Shown: positions 43,801 through 51,102, counted from the first letter of the stretch. The stretch: DNA of 58,678 nt from Actinomycetes bacterium (GCA_030146615.1 JASLBL010000245.1:1-58678); one strand, 5' to 3'. Translations and numbers: made by a program. The notes: a model not told the origin generated them from the sequence alone.

Positions 43801-45785
43801 TTCTCCTCTGCCCGCGCCGCCTGGCGAGCCTCGGCCTGCGCCGACCTCGCCTGCGCGGCGGCGGCCCGGTCCGTACGGCGCTCCTCGGCGCGGGCTGCCC
43901 TGGCCCGCCGGGACTCGGCACGCGCCGCCTTTCGGGCCTCGGCACGGGCCGTGCGCCGCTGGCGGGCCTCGGCGCGAGCCGCTTCCCGGACCTCGGCCCT
44001 TGCCGCCGTCGCCTGGAGCGCCTGCTCGCGCCGGACCTTGGACCCGGCCGCCCGCTTCTCCCGTGCCTGGGCCCGAGCGGCCCGCCGCTCCTCCGCCCGT
44101 GCCGATCGGGCCTGTCGCGATGCGTCCTTCCGGGCGGCCCTGGCCCGGACCGCCTCCTCGTGGGCCGCTCGACGCTCCGCGGCCCGCGCGATCTTCGCCT
44201 GACGGGATTCCTCGCGCGCGACCCGCCGCGCCTCCGCCTGCTCGGCCTTGCGCGCCTCCGCCGCGGCTGCCTCCACCCGGCGTGCCTCGTCACGAACCGC
44301 GCGACGCGCCTCCGCCTCAGCCGCCTCCGCCTGACGTGCCTCCGCGCGGGCGGCCCGTCGCGCCTCAGCCTCAGCCGCCCGGGCCTGGCGCTCCTGGTCA
44401 CGGGCGGCCCGACGGGCCTCGGTCTCAGCCGCCTGGACCCGGCGGGACTCAGCTCGGGCGGTGCGGCGCTCCTCAGCTCTGGCGGCCCTGGCCTGGCGGG
44501 ACTCGGCGCGGGCGGCCTGTCGTTCCTGTTTCCGGGCCGCCTTGGCCTGGCGGGCCTCCTCGGCGCGGGCCTGACGTTCCTCGCGGGCGATCCGGCGGGC
44601 CTCGGCCTGGGCAGCCTGGGCTTGGAGCTGCTCCTCGCGGGCGGCGGTTCGCGCGTCGGCGCGGGCCATGCGCTGGCGGCCGGCTTCCGCGCGGGCCGCC
44701 TTCCGGCTCTCAGCGCGAGCCGTCTTCTTCTGGCGGGCCAGCTCGCGGCGGGCTTCGGCCTCGGCGGCCCTGACCTGCCGGGCCGCCTGGCTCTCCGCTT
44801 CCGCGCGACGCTTCGCGGACGCCGGACTCTTCCTGCCGGCGGGCTGGCGAGCCCCCGGACCGGTCTTCCACCCGCGGAGCCGCTCGAACGTGGCCTCGTC
44901 CATCCCGGGCGCGACCTGACCCGGGCCGATCACCGGGTCCAGCTCCTGACCGCTCAGGCCGATGAGCCGTCCCGACTCGGAGACCGGCAGGCCCGGGCCC
45001 TCCACCTCGACCGCCGCGGCCGCCCCGTCCGCCTCCTCCACCGACCCGGCCGGCGGCTGGTCAGTGGCGGCCACCTCCGGGTCTGGCCGGACCTCCGGTC
45101 CAGGGGGCGGGTCCGGCTGCAACTCCGGCCCGGGGGGCGGGTCCTGATCCGGCTCGAGCTCCGGCTCGGGACTGGTCTCCACGTCGGGCTCGAGCTCCGG
45201 CGGGGTGGACTCGCCGGCCTCCTCCAGCGCCGCCTCCTGCTCCGGTGCCACCTCGTCGGTGACCCGGGTCTCGGTGGCACCGGTAACCGCCGACCAGAGC
45301 TCGCCGATCTGGAGGGGGCGGTAGAGGACGGTCCGGGGCGGGCTGGGCGGGAGGGCTTGGACGTGCTCCCCTTCCTGGAGGAGGACGACGGTGCGGCCCA
45401 GGAAGCGGCCGTCGAGGACGGCGAAGGTCCGCTCGTGGAGGGTTGGGGGCATGTCGACGATGACCACGTCGGCGTGACGGATGACGGTGTCGAGCTCCTC
45501 GCTGTACCAGTCGAGCATGCGGACCCCGCCGGGGGTCTCGATCAGGGAGCGGAGGGCGCTGGCGAGCATCTTGTCGCGGGAGACCAGGATCACCCGGAGG
45601 GCGGGGCCCTCGGGACCGGGGGCGGGCTGGCCGGCCCGTGGGCCGGAGCTCGGCAGCGAGGTGCGCTCGGGACCGTTGGAGCGGACCGGCTTGCCGGGCC
45701 CCGGCTCGGGGCGGGGTGGGGACTGCTGGGAGGTCGAGGTGGCGCGGCCACCGGCGCGCCCGGACCCACCGGGACGGTCGCTCAC
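40860..45785 (-). CDS. 1,641-aa multidomain membrane protein: pseudo-receiver, acidic Pro linker, Ala/Arg/Glu repeat helix, polytopic GT-C-like core, LGFP-like ectodomain, C-terminal anchor
   Basis: Single uninterrupted frame. GTG 45785 overlaps the sortase stop (GTGA). Recognisable protein-like segments at both ends are in the same frame as the low-complexity middle. See findings. Confidence 0.75.
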   Translation of the reverse strand: MSDRPGGSGRAGGRATSTSQQSPPRPEPGPGKPVRSNGPERTSLPSSGPRAGQPAPGPEGPALRVILVSRDKMLASALRSLIETPGGVRMLDWYSEELDTVIRHADVVIVDMPPTLHERTFAVLDGRFLGRTVVLLQEGEHVQALPPSPPRTVLYRPLQIGELWSAVTGATETRVTDEVAPEQEAALEEAGESTPPELEPDVETSPEPELEPDQDPPPGPELQPDPPPGPEVRPDPEVAATDQPPAGSVEEADGAAAAVEVEGPGLPVSESGRLIGLSGQELDPVIGPGQVAPGMDEATFERLRGWKTGPGARQPAGRKSPASAKRRAEAESQAARQVRAAEAEARRELARQKKTARAESRKAARAEAGRQRMARADARTAAREEQLQAQAAQAEARRIAREERQARAEEARQAKAARKQERQAARAESRQARAARAEERRTARAESRRVQAAETEARRAARDQERQARAAEAEARRAARAEARQAEAAEAEARRAVRDEARRVEAAAAEARKAEQAEARRVAREESRQAKIARAAERRAAHEEAVRARAARKDASRQARSARAEERRAARAQAREKRAAGSKVRREQALQATAARAEVREAARAEARQRRTARAEARKAARAESRRARAARAEERRTDRAAAAQARSAQAEARQAARAEEKAKRAAEAEVRRQQAQQAKAAKAEAQAAARAEASQAKAARAEERRTARAAAAQAKAAQEEAKAAARREAEQARAAEAEARKAEQAEAAKAKAIEAEARRIARAEAGQVRAAKAEERRAARAAAAQARAEARKSAQMEAERVKAAQAEARTAERAAAAQAKAVENRVKREQSRQDKAAKAEARELARAEAARERAARRTARDEARRAKVAADAAAGATPTADAGGRVARPAVVALLMAVLAVGAAGWVGAGGADTRAGEVAVVRAAGGSGGGLVVQDPRVGPIEPVYALGAGIWLRATEAGGSLEAVVREARVPSRFLLAGVVGLTVALFLLLMRVGPGSGAAAGPGPAPPQGGRPGRLWRLGGAALAGALVALDPLVVQSGRAATGTVLAVLLAVGTVALAWGVPARPVLRWLPLVAAGGGLALLVSPLALPVLAVPVVAELLHGRYQEAWKDMAALGLAIGLWLLLPVWVAGQDLGAGQAGWLLGRPQGRGSVAASLAGAPLTWLLVAAGLAAAILTWRHRSGARSDAGPGAARLLAWSATSAAGALAAIALGYPAEQALPFAVPAAAVSVAVAAVTLVAAGATQQARRAALAGAGVVLVGLLAAQAVNWAGRYGGQADDGLGRLVATVGAEVPECSAVNASGPDDRARLLAAGVTVTEFSSGPAAHAAGVRYFVLTGGTAQGPLTPSLAAWVRQHGTRLAAHPSRSLSGVELWRVDAAPLDPVADLLPLPDGVFSNTTGSACGGYRVVDSQAGTFHSAYRSVGGKAVLGRPLGSVWTSDGPALQAFDTMVLGAVPTAGGPPAVRPIELPPLLAKLDVEAVADADIPLPSTAPPVTNRQTRALLREELIARAYLGTDPATATAEDFARARDRFGRPLGLPQIMPDGAMRQPFERAVLELPADGGPVRPAALGQLAVRLGLVPRQAMRPEPVPGLPAGPAEIRLDPAPLLRLVGGALALLLLAAGAGAVVAWRQRTARDG
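43170..44819 (-). repeat. coding low-complexity region (aa ~323-872 of the giant protein) with units of about 70 aa (about 210 bp)
   Basis: Composition is almost only A, R, E, K, Q. AEERR recurs at aa 437, 564, 633, 702 and 774. The last three are each followed by (T/A)(D/A)RAAAAQA(R/K). Several other frames on both strands are also stop-free here. Confidence 0.85.
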
Positions 45786-46474
45786 CGGGCCACCCCCTCG
45801 CCGTCGGGGACTCTGGTCGCCGAGACGACCAGGTTGTCGCGGTAGCTGCGGCTAGCCCGGTCGAAGGTGCCGGCGCAGGTGATCAGGCGCAGCACCGGGG
45901 CGGTTGTTGCGCCGTAGACAGCCTCGGACGGCAGCGACTGCTTGGGGTAGCTGGCCAGCGCGTCGACCTTGAACCTGACCACCCGGCGGTCGGCCCGGAC
46001 CACCTGGATCTGGTCGCCGGGGCGCAGCTCGCGCAGCCGGTAGAACACGGCCGGTCCGGTCCGGGAGTCGACATGGCCGGCGATCACCGCCGGGCCCAGC
46101 TGGCCGGGCTGGGGAGCGCCGGTGAACCAGCCGGCGGCCTGGAAGTCGCCGGGGACCTCCATGCTCCGGTCGGGGTCGAGCCCGAGCCGGACCAGGGGCG
46201 AGGACACGCCGATGGCGGGGATCTCGACCCGCACCGGGGGCGAGGGCGGCAGGCGCCGCCAGGACCCGACCGGGAAGTCGATGACCTCGGTGGAGCGGGT
46301 CGGGCTGGCCGCCGGCTGGGTGCTGGCGGCCCCGGCGACCGCGGAACGGCTGGCCGGGGGCGCGGCGTGCGACACCCGCTCCCCCGCTGGCCGGGCGCCG
46401 GCGCAGCCGGCCGCGCCAGTGACCACCAGACTCAGCACGACCACCCCCCGGCGGATCCTGTCTTCCCTGGTCAT
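45782..46474 (-). CDS. sortase family protein (class F-like), lipoprotein-type signal
   Basis: LSLVVTGAAGCAG lipobox. Catalytic His in VIAGHVD, Cys in LRLITCAG, Arg in RDNLVVSA. Confidence 0.8.
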   Translation of the reverse strand: MTREDRIRRGVVVLSLVVTGAAGCAGARPAGERVSHAAPPASRSAVAGAASTQPAASPTRSTEVIDFPVGSWRRLPPSPPVRVEIPAIGVSSPLVRLGLDPDRSMEVPGDFQAAGWFTGAPQPGQLGPAVIAGHVDSRTGPAVFYRLRELRPGDQIQVVRADRRVVRFKVDALASYPKQSLPSEAVYGATTAPVLRLITCAGTFDRASRSYRDNLVVSATRVPDGEGVAR

Positions 46475-46490
46475 GACATCCCGGCGGTCC

Positions 46491-47336
46491 CTAGCCGCTC
46501 GACCGCCGCTGCTGGACGACGAACCCGGTGGTGGCGGCCAGGCCGAGGCCGATCAGCAGGAGCAGCGCGAACCTGCGCCCGCCGCGGCTGGGGCTGGGAG
46601 CGGTCCCGCCCGCCCCGGTGGCCACCCCGCCGGCGGCGGACACCGCGGCGGCCGCGTCGCTGATGTCGAGCAGCTGGAGCTTCTCGCCGATGCCGCCCAC
46701 CGCGACCAGCGACGAGATGGAGCCGCTGGCCAGCTTGACGTTGTCGGACTTGGCCAGGACCTCGCCGGTGCCGGTCTTGCGGACCTCGACGTCGACCGAG
46801 CCCGCCTCGACCTCCTGGTAGTCGCTGGCCGACGGGAACTTGGCGTTGGCGATGAGCACGTCGCCGCCCGTGACCAGGTCCACCGCGCTCTCGCCGGGGA
46901 TGGCCTGGATCAGCCTGACCTTGCTCTTGCTGCCGGCGGGTCGGGACATGTCGTCGGTCAGCAGCGCCGCCTCGACGGAGGTGAGCTGCCCGAACACCGC
47001 GACCGTGTAGGCCTTGCCGGCCGCCAACTCGACGGTGGCCGCGATCACCGGGGGCGAGTTCGCCGGCTCGCCGGCCTCGCGCACCTCGACCTTGAACTTC
47101 CCCGGCTTGACCTTGAGGTAGTCCGAGACGGTCTTGAACGGCACGCCCTTGAGCTGGAGCCGGCCGTTGACGTAGACGACGTAGACGTCGCCCTTGAGCA
47201 ACCCTGGGGCGAAGTGGGCCACCCGGACCAGCGATTCCTCCCCAGCTTGGGCACCGGCGGCGGCCGTCCCGGGCATGGCCAGCATGGCCGCTGTCATTGC
47301 GGCCAGGACCACGGCGGCCAGTCGTCGGCGTTGCAT
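46491..47336 (-). CDS. DUF4397 domain protein, secreted, with C-terminal hydrophobic anchor
   Basis: ATG 47336 is preceded by GAGGAGGGG. Signal peptide AAVVLAAMTAAMLAMPGTAAAGA. Two DUF4397-like repeats (LVRVAHFAPG..DVYV.V.G.. and VRLIQAIPG..VDLV). Tail: GGRRFALLLLIGLGLAATTGFVVQQRRSSG. Confidence 0.75.
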   Translation of the reverse strand: MQRRRLAAVVLAAMTAAMLAMPGTAAAGAQAGEESLVRVAHFAPGLLKGDVYVVYVNGRLQLKGVPFKTVSDYLKVKPGKFKVEVREAGEPANSPPVIAATVELAAGKAYTVAVFGQLTSVEAALLTDDMSRPAGSKSKVRLIQAIPGESAVDLVTGGDVLIANAKFPSASDYQEVEAGSVDVEVRKTGTGEVLAKSDNVKLASGSISSLVAVGGIGEKLQLLDISDAAAAVSAAGGVATGAGGTAPSPSRGGRRFALLLLIGLGLAATTGFVVQQRRSSG

Positions 47337-47344
47337 TGCCCCTC

Positions 47345-47385
47345 CTCGTTCGTCGTTCGTCCGGGGGGACGCGAACGACGACGAG
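47345..47385 (-). promoter_or_regulatory. long leader hairpin abutting the DUF4397 Shine-Dalgarno sequence
   Basis: mRNA sense CUCG-UCGUCGUUCG-CG-UCC-CCCC-GGA-CGAACGACGA-A-CGAG, immediately followed by GAGGGGCA-AUG. An upstream CGGGGGGCG (plus strand 47391-47400) can alternatively pair with the C-run. Confidence 0.45.
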
Positions 47386-47638
47386 TTGGTACGCCCCCCG
47401 CGATCCCGACCACGCATGCCGTCACGAGCCGTTTCGATGGTCATTATCTGCGCTGACCGTTCCTGCGAGCGCCCCCAATTCTGCGTAGTTCGCATCAGAC
47501 GAGCAGGTGAACGCGGTAGTATCTGGCCGCCGAATAGCGCCGGACATTGACGAATCCGGGGTCAACGAGTTACTTGAGGCTTTTGCGAACCTCATCGTCG
47601 GACGGACCACCGGGCTCCGGGACGGCTAGGCTGACGCC

Positions 47639-49081
47639 ATGACTGACGTTGCCCCACCGGTGCGGCGCCGGCTCTCCGACGACGCGATCGAGCACCTCCA
47701 CAGCCTGATGGCGGGCTGGCAGCTGATCGCCGACCTCGCCTTCGCCGACCTGCTGCTGTTCCTGGCCGTGGAGGGCAGCGAGAGCTTCCGCATCGTCGGC
47801 CAGCTGCGCCCCTACACGGCCCGTACCCTGTACCCGGCCGACCTGGTCGGCGAGGTGGTCGAGCCGACCTGGCACCCGTATGTGGAGCGGGCCTGGCGGG
47901 AGGGGCGGCGCCAGCGCTCGCTGGAGCCGATCCTGATCGACGCCGAGCCGGTCCGGGTCGAGACCGTGCCCGTCCGGCACCAGGGCGAGATCGTGGCCGT
48001 GCTCAGCGTCGAGGCGCCCGAGACCCCCGCCCGCCCCACCGGACGGCTGGAGGCGGCCTACCTGGGCGCGGCCGAGGCCCTGCTGGAGATGGTGGCCACC
48101 GGCGCCTTCCCGTTCGTCGAGGCCACCGACCCGACGGCCTCCCCCCGGGTCGGCGACGGCCTGGTCGTGCTCGACGCCAGCGGCCGGGTCGAGTTCGCCA
48201 GCCCCAATGCCACCTCGGCCTTCCGGCGCATGGGCACCAACGCCCTGCCGCTCGGCCAGCCGCTCCCCCACCGGGCGGCCATCCTGGTCGCCGAGGCGAT
48301 GGCCGGCGGCCGCCCGGTCGAGTCCGAGATCGACGCCGCCGGGGCGGTCACCGACGTCCGGGTGGTCCCGCTGCTGCGGGGCGCCGACCGCCGCGGGGCC
48401 CTGGTGCTGGTCCGGGAGGCGACCGAGCTACGCCGACGCGACCGGGTCATCTCCCGGCGCGAGGCGACCATCCGCGAGGTCCACCACCGGGTCAAGAACA
48501 ACCTCCAGACGGTCGCCTCCCTGCTCCGGCTCCAGGCCCGCCGGCTCGGCGACCACCCGCAGGCGGTGGCCGCCCTGGAGGACTCGGTGCGCCGGATCAC
48601 CTCGATCGCGCTGGTCCACGAGACCCTGACCGAGGAGTTCGAGGGCGCGGTGGACATGGCCGACGTCGCCCGGCGGATCGTCAAGATGCTGGCCGGCTCG
48701 CTCGGCCGCGAGGACGCTCACATCGAGCTGCACACGGCCTCGGTGCCGGTGGACGCGGCCGTGGCCACCCCGCTGGCGGTGGTGCTGAACGAGCTGGTCC
48801 AGAACGCGATCGAGCACGGCCTGGGTGACGGGCGCGGGACGGTCACGGTCGAGCTGCGCGGCGGCGGGAACGAGCCGGTGGTGCTCCAGGTCCACGACGA
48901 CACCGGCTCCGGTAAGGATGCGGAGCAACCGGCCATCCACAGCCCCGAGGGCGGGCTTGGCCTGCGCCTGGTCAGGGCGCTGGTCCAGGAGGAGCTGAAC
49001 GGCCAGTTCACGCTGTCCCACCCGGCCGGGCGGGGAAGCATCGCCACCGCCATTGTCCCGCCGGTCGAACGAAAGGCCTGA
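47639..49081 (+). CDS. pdtaS: cytoplasmic GAF/PAS sensor histidine kinase (PdtaS-like)
   Basis: No TM segment. H-box IREVHHRVKNNLQTVASLLRLQ (HisKA_2 type), N-box LNELVQNAIEHG, G-box GGLGLRLV. Confidence 0.85.
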   Translation: MTDVAPPVRRRLSDDAIEHLHSLMAGWQLIADLAFADLLLFLAVEGSESFRIVGQLRPYTARTLYPADLVGEVVEPTWHPYVERAWREGRRQRSLEPILIDAEPVRVETVPVRHQGEIVAVLSVEAPETPARPTGRLEAAYLGAAEALLEMVATGAFPFVEATDPTASPRVGDGLVVLDASGRVEFASPNATSAFRRMGTNALPLGQPLPHRAAILVAEAMAGGRPVESEIDAAGAVTDVRVVPLLRGADRRGALVLVREATELRRRDRVISRREATIREVHHRVKNNLQTVASLLRLQARRLGDHPQAVAALEDSVRRITSIALVHETLTEEFEGAVDMADVARRIVKMLAGSLGREDAHIELHTASVPVDAAVATPLAVVLNELVQNAIEHGLGDGRGTVTVELRGGGNEPVVLQVHDDTGSGKDAEQPAIHSPEGGLGLRLVRALVQEELNGQFTLSHPAGRGSIATAIVPPVERKA

Positions 49082-49087
49082 GCCGCC

Positions 49088-50140
49088 GTGACCCGCACCC
49101 AGGTGCTGATCGCCTCACCGCTGGAGGCCGAGCTGGCGGCCCGGATCCAGGCCGCCGACCCGCGGGCCGAGGTGCTGTTCGAGCCCGAGCTGCTCCCGCC
49201 GGCCCGCTACCCGGCCGACCACCGCGGCGACCCGGCCTTCGAACGCGACGCCGAGGGCGAGGCTCGCTGGCGGGCCCTGCTGGACCGGGCCGAGGTCCTG
49301 TTCGGGGTCCCCGGCGACTCCGCAGAGGGCCTGGCCGAGGTGGTCAACGGCCTGCCTCGGCTGCGCTGGGTCCACGCCACCAGCGCCGGAGCCGGCGAGC
49401 AGGTCCGCAAGGCCGAGCTGTCGCCCGAGGCCCTGGAGCGGGTCACCATCACCACCTCCAGCGGGGTCCACGCGGTTCCCCTGGCCGAGTTCGCCGTCCT
49501 CGGGCTGCTGGCCGTGGCCAAGGAGCTGCCCCAGCTGGTCGAGGACCAGCGGGCCAGGGCCTGGCCGGAGGTCCGCCAGCCGCTGCGGGAGCTGTCCGGC
49601 CAGACCCTGTTCCTGGTCGGGCTGGGCGAGATCGGCCGTGAGGTGGCCCGGCTGGGCAGGGCGCTGGGCATGCGCACGGTCGGGTTCCGGCGCACCCAGG
49701 GCCCGCCGCCCGAGTGGGTGGACGAGGTCCACGGCCCCGAGCGCCTGACCGAGCTGGCCGACCAGGCCGACGCCATGGTGGTGAGCCTGCCCATGACCGA
49801 GCAGACGGCCGGCCTGGTCGACCGGGCGACCATCGAGCGGCTGCCGGCGAGCTGCATCTTCGTCAACGTCGGCCGGGGCGGGGTGGTCGACGAGCCGGCC
49901 CTGGTCGACGCCCTCCGCGACCGGCGCATCGCCGGCGCGGTCCTCGACGTGTTCACCACCGAGCCCCTGCCCGCCGACTCGCCCCTGTGGACGCTGCCCA
50001 ACGTGCTCGTAACCCCGCACGCGGCCGCCCTCTCGGCCAGGGAGAACGAGCGCATCACCGAGCTGTTCACCGACAACCTGCGCCGCTTCCTGGACGGCCG
50101 GCCGCTGCGCAACGTTGTCGAGCCCGGGGTGTACTACTAG
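49088..50140 (+). CDS. D-isomer-specific 2-hydroxyacid dehydrogenase family protein
   Basis: Rossmann motif LVGLGEIGREVARLGRALGM. Also NVGRG..VDE and a catalytic His in VTPHAA. Confidence 0.8.
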   Translation: MTRTQVLIASPLEAELAARIQAADPRAEVLFEPELLPPARYPADHRGDPAFERDAEGEARWRALLDRAEVLFGVPGDSAEGLAEVVNGLPRLRWVHATSAGAGEQVRKAELSPEALERVTITTSSGVHAVPLAEFAVLGLLAVAKELPQLVEDQRARAWPEVRQPLRELSGQTLFLVGLGEIGREVARLGRALGMRTVGFRRTQGPPPEWVDEVHGPERLTELADQADAMVVSLPMTEQTAGLVDRATIERLPASCIFVNVGRGGVVDEPALVDALRDRRIAGAVLDVFTTEPLPADSPLWTLPNVLVTPHAAALSARENERITELFTDNLRRFLDGRPLRNVVEPGVYY

Positions 50141-50143
50141 CCG

Positions 50144-51016
50144 ATGCGCGTCCTCACTCAGAACCTCTGGGGCTACTACTACCCGCTCGATGGCCCGGGC
50201 ACCGGCAAGGCCCGTCCCGGCGCCGAGCCGGCCGCCTGGAGCGACCGGCGAGCGGTACTCGCCGACGGCCTCCGGGCCCTCGACCCGGACCTGGCCGCCT
50301 TTCAGGAGGCCATCCACCGCGACGGCTACGACCAGGTCGCCGACCTGCTCGGGCCCGGGTACCACCTGGCCCACCAGACCCGCCGGGAGGCCGACGGCTC
50401 CGGGGTCTCGCTGGCCAGCCGCTGGCCGCTGGGCGCGGTCCACGAGGTCGACCTCCAGCTGACCCCCCGGACGAAGGGCTTCCTGTCGGTCGCGCAGGTG
50501 GCCGAGATCGAGGCCCCGCCGCCCATCGGGCCGCTGCTGTTCGTCAACCACAAGCCCAACTTCGAGCTGCACCTGGAGCACGAGCGGGGCCTCCAGGCGG
50601 TGGCCACGGCGAGCTTCATCGAGCGGCTGGTCTCGGAGCGGGAACGGCACGTGGTGGTGGCCGGCGACTTCGACGCCGCCCCGGACTCGGCCAGCCTGCG
50701 GTTCTGGCGCGGCCGCCAGGGCCTGGCCGGCACCAGCGTCTGCTACCGCGACGCCTGGGAGCACACCCACGGGGACGAGCCGGGCCACACCTTCACGCCC
50801 GAGACCCCGCTGGTCGCCGAGGGCACCTGGCCGCTCGACCGGGGCCGGCGGATCGACTACGTGCTTGTCCGGTGCGCCGAGCACGGGCCGTCGCTCGACA
50901 TCACCGCCTGCGCCCGCACCTTCGACCAGCCCGTCGACGGCGTCTGGGGCAGCGACCACTTCGGCGTCGTGGCCGACCTGGCCCTGGCCCCGCCGGAGCC
51001 GCTGGTCACCGGCTGA
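50144..51016 (+). CDS. endonuclease/exonuclease/phosphatase (EEP) family protein
   Basis: MRVLTQNLWG ... DLAAFQE ... VVAGDFDA ... GSDHFGVVADL. Confidence 0.8.
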   Translation: MRVLTQNLWGYYYPLDGPGTGKARPGAEPAAWSDRRAVLADGLRALDPDLAAFQEAIHRDGYDQVADLLGPGYHLAHQTRREADGSGVSLASRWPLGAVHEVDLQLTPRTKGFLSVAQVAEIEAPPPIGPLLFVNHKPNFELHLEHERGLQAVATASFIERLVSERERHVVVAGDFDAAPDSASLRFWRGRQGLAGTSVCYRDAWEHTHGDEPGHTFTPETPLVAEGTWPLDRGRRIDYVLVRCAEHGPSLDITACARTFDQPVDGVWGSDHFGVVADLALAPPEPLVTG

Positions 51017-51031
51017 CGAAGGCGATCAGCC

Positions 51032-51092
51032 GGTCCATGGCACCGGCGCTCTTGGGGGGCCGTGGGATGAGCGAGCTCCCCCCACATGGACC
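51032..51092. terminator. bipartite hairpin between convergent genes (candidate bidirectional terminator)
   Basis: Outer stem GGTCCATG (51032-39) pairs with CATGGACC (51085-92). Inner stem TGGGGGG (51053-59) pairs with CCCCCCA (51078-84). Confidence 0.35.
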
Positions 51093-51102
51093 AGGACGGC
51101 GC

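Noticed and set aside
43205-45845. Stack of ORFs across the repeat region (43205..44773 +, 43368..45845 +, 43379..44401 -, 43408..44202 +)
   Set aside because: The GCN/CGN/GAR codon repeats and their complements cannot generate stop codons, so several other frames on both strands stay open. Only the 40860..45785 frame connects to recognisable N- and C-terminal domains.
47548-47576. Plus-strand promoter candidate for pdtaS (TTGACG-17 nt-TTACTT)
   Set aside because: The -35 box is good, but the -10 hexamer lacks the conserved A at position 2 in any register, so it is too weak to report as a feature.
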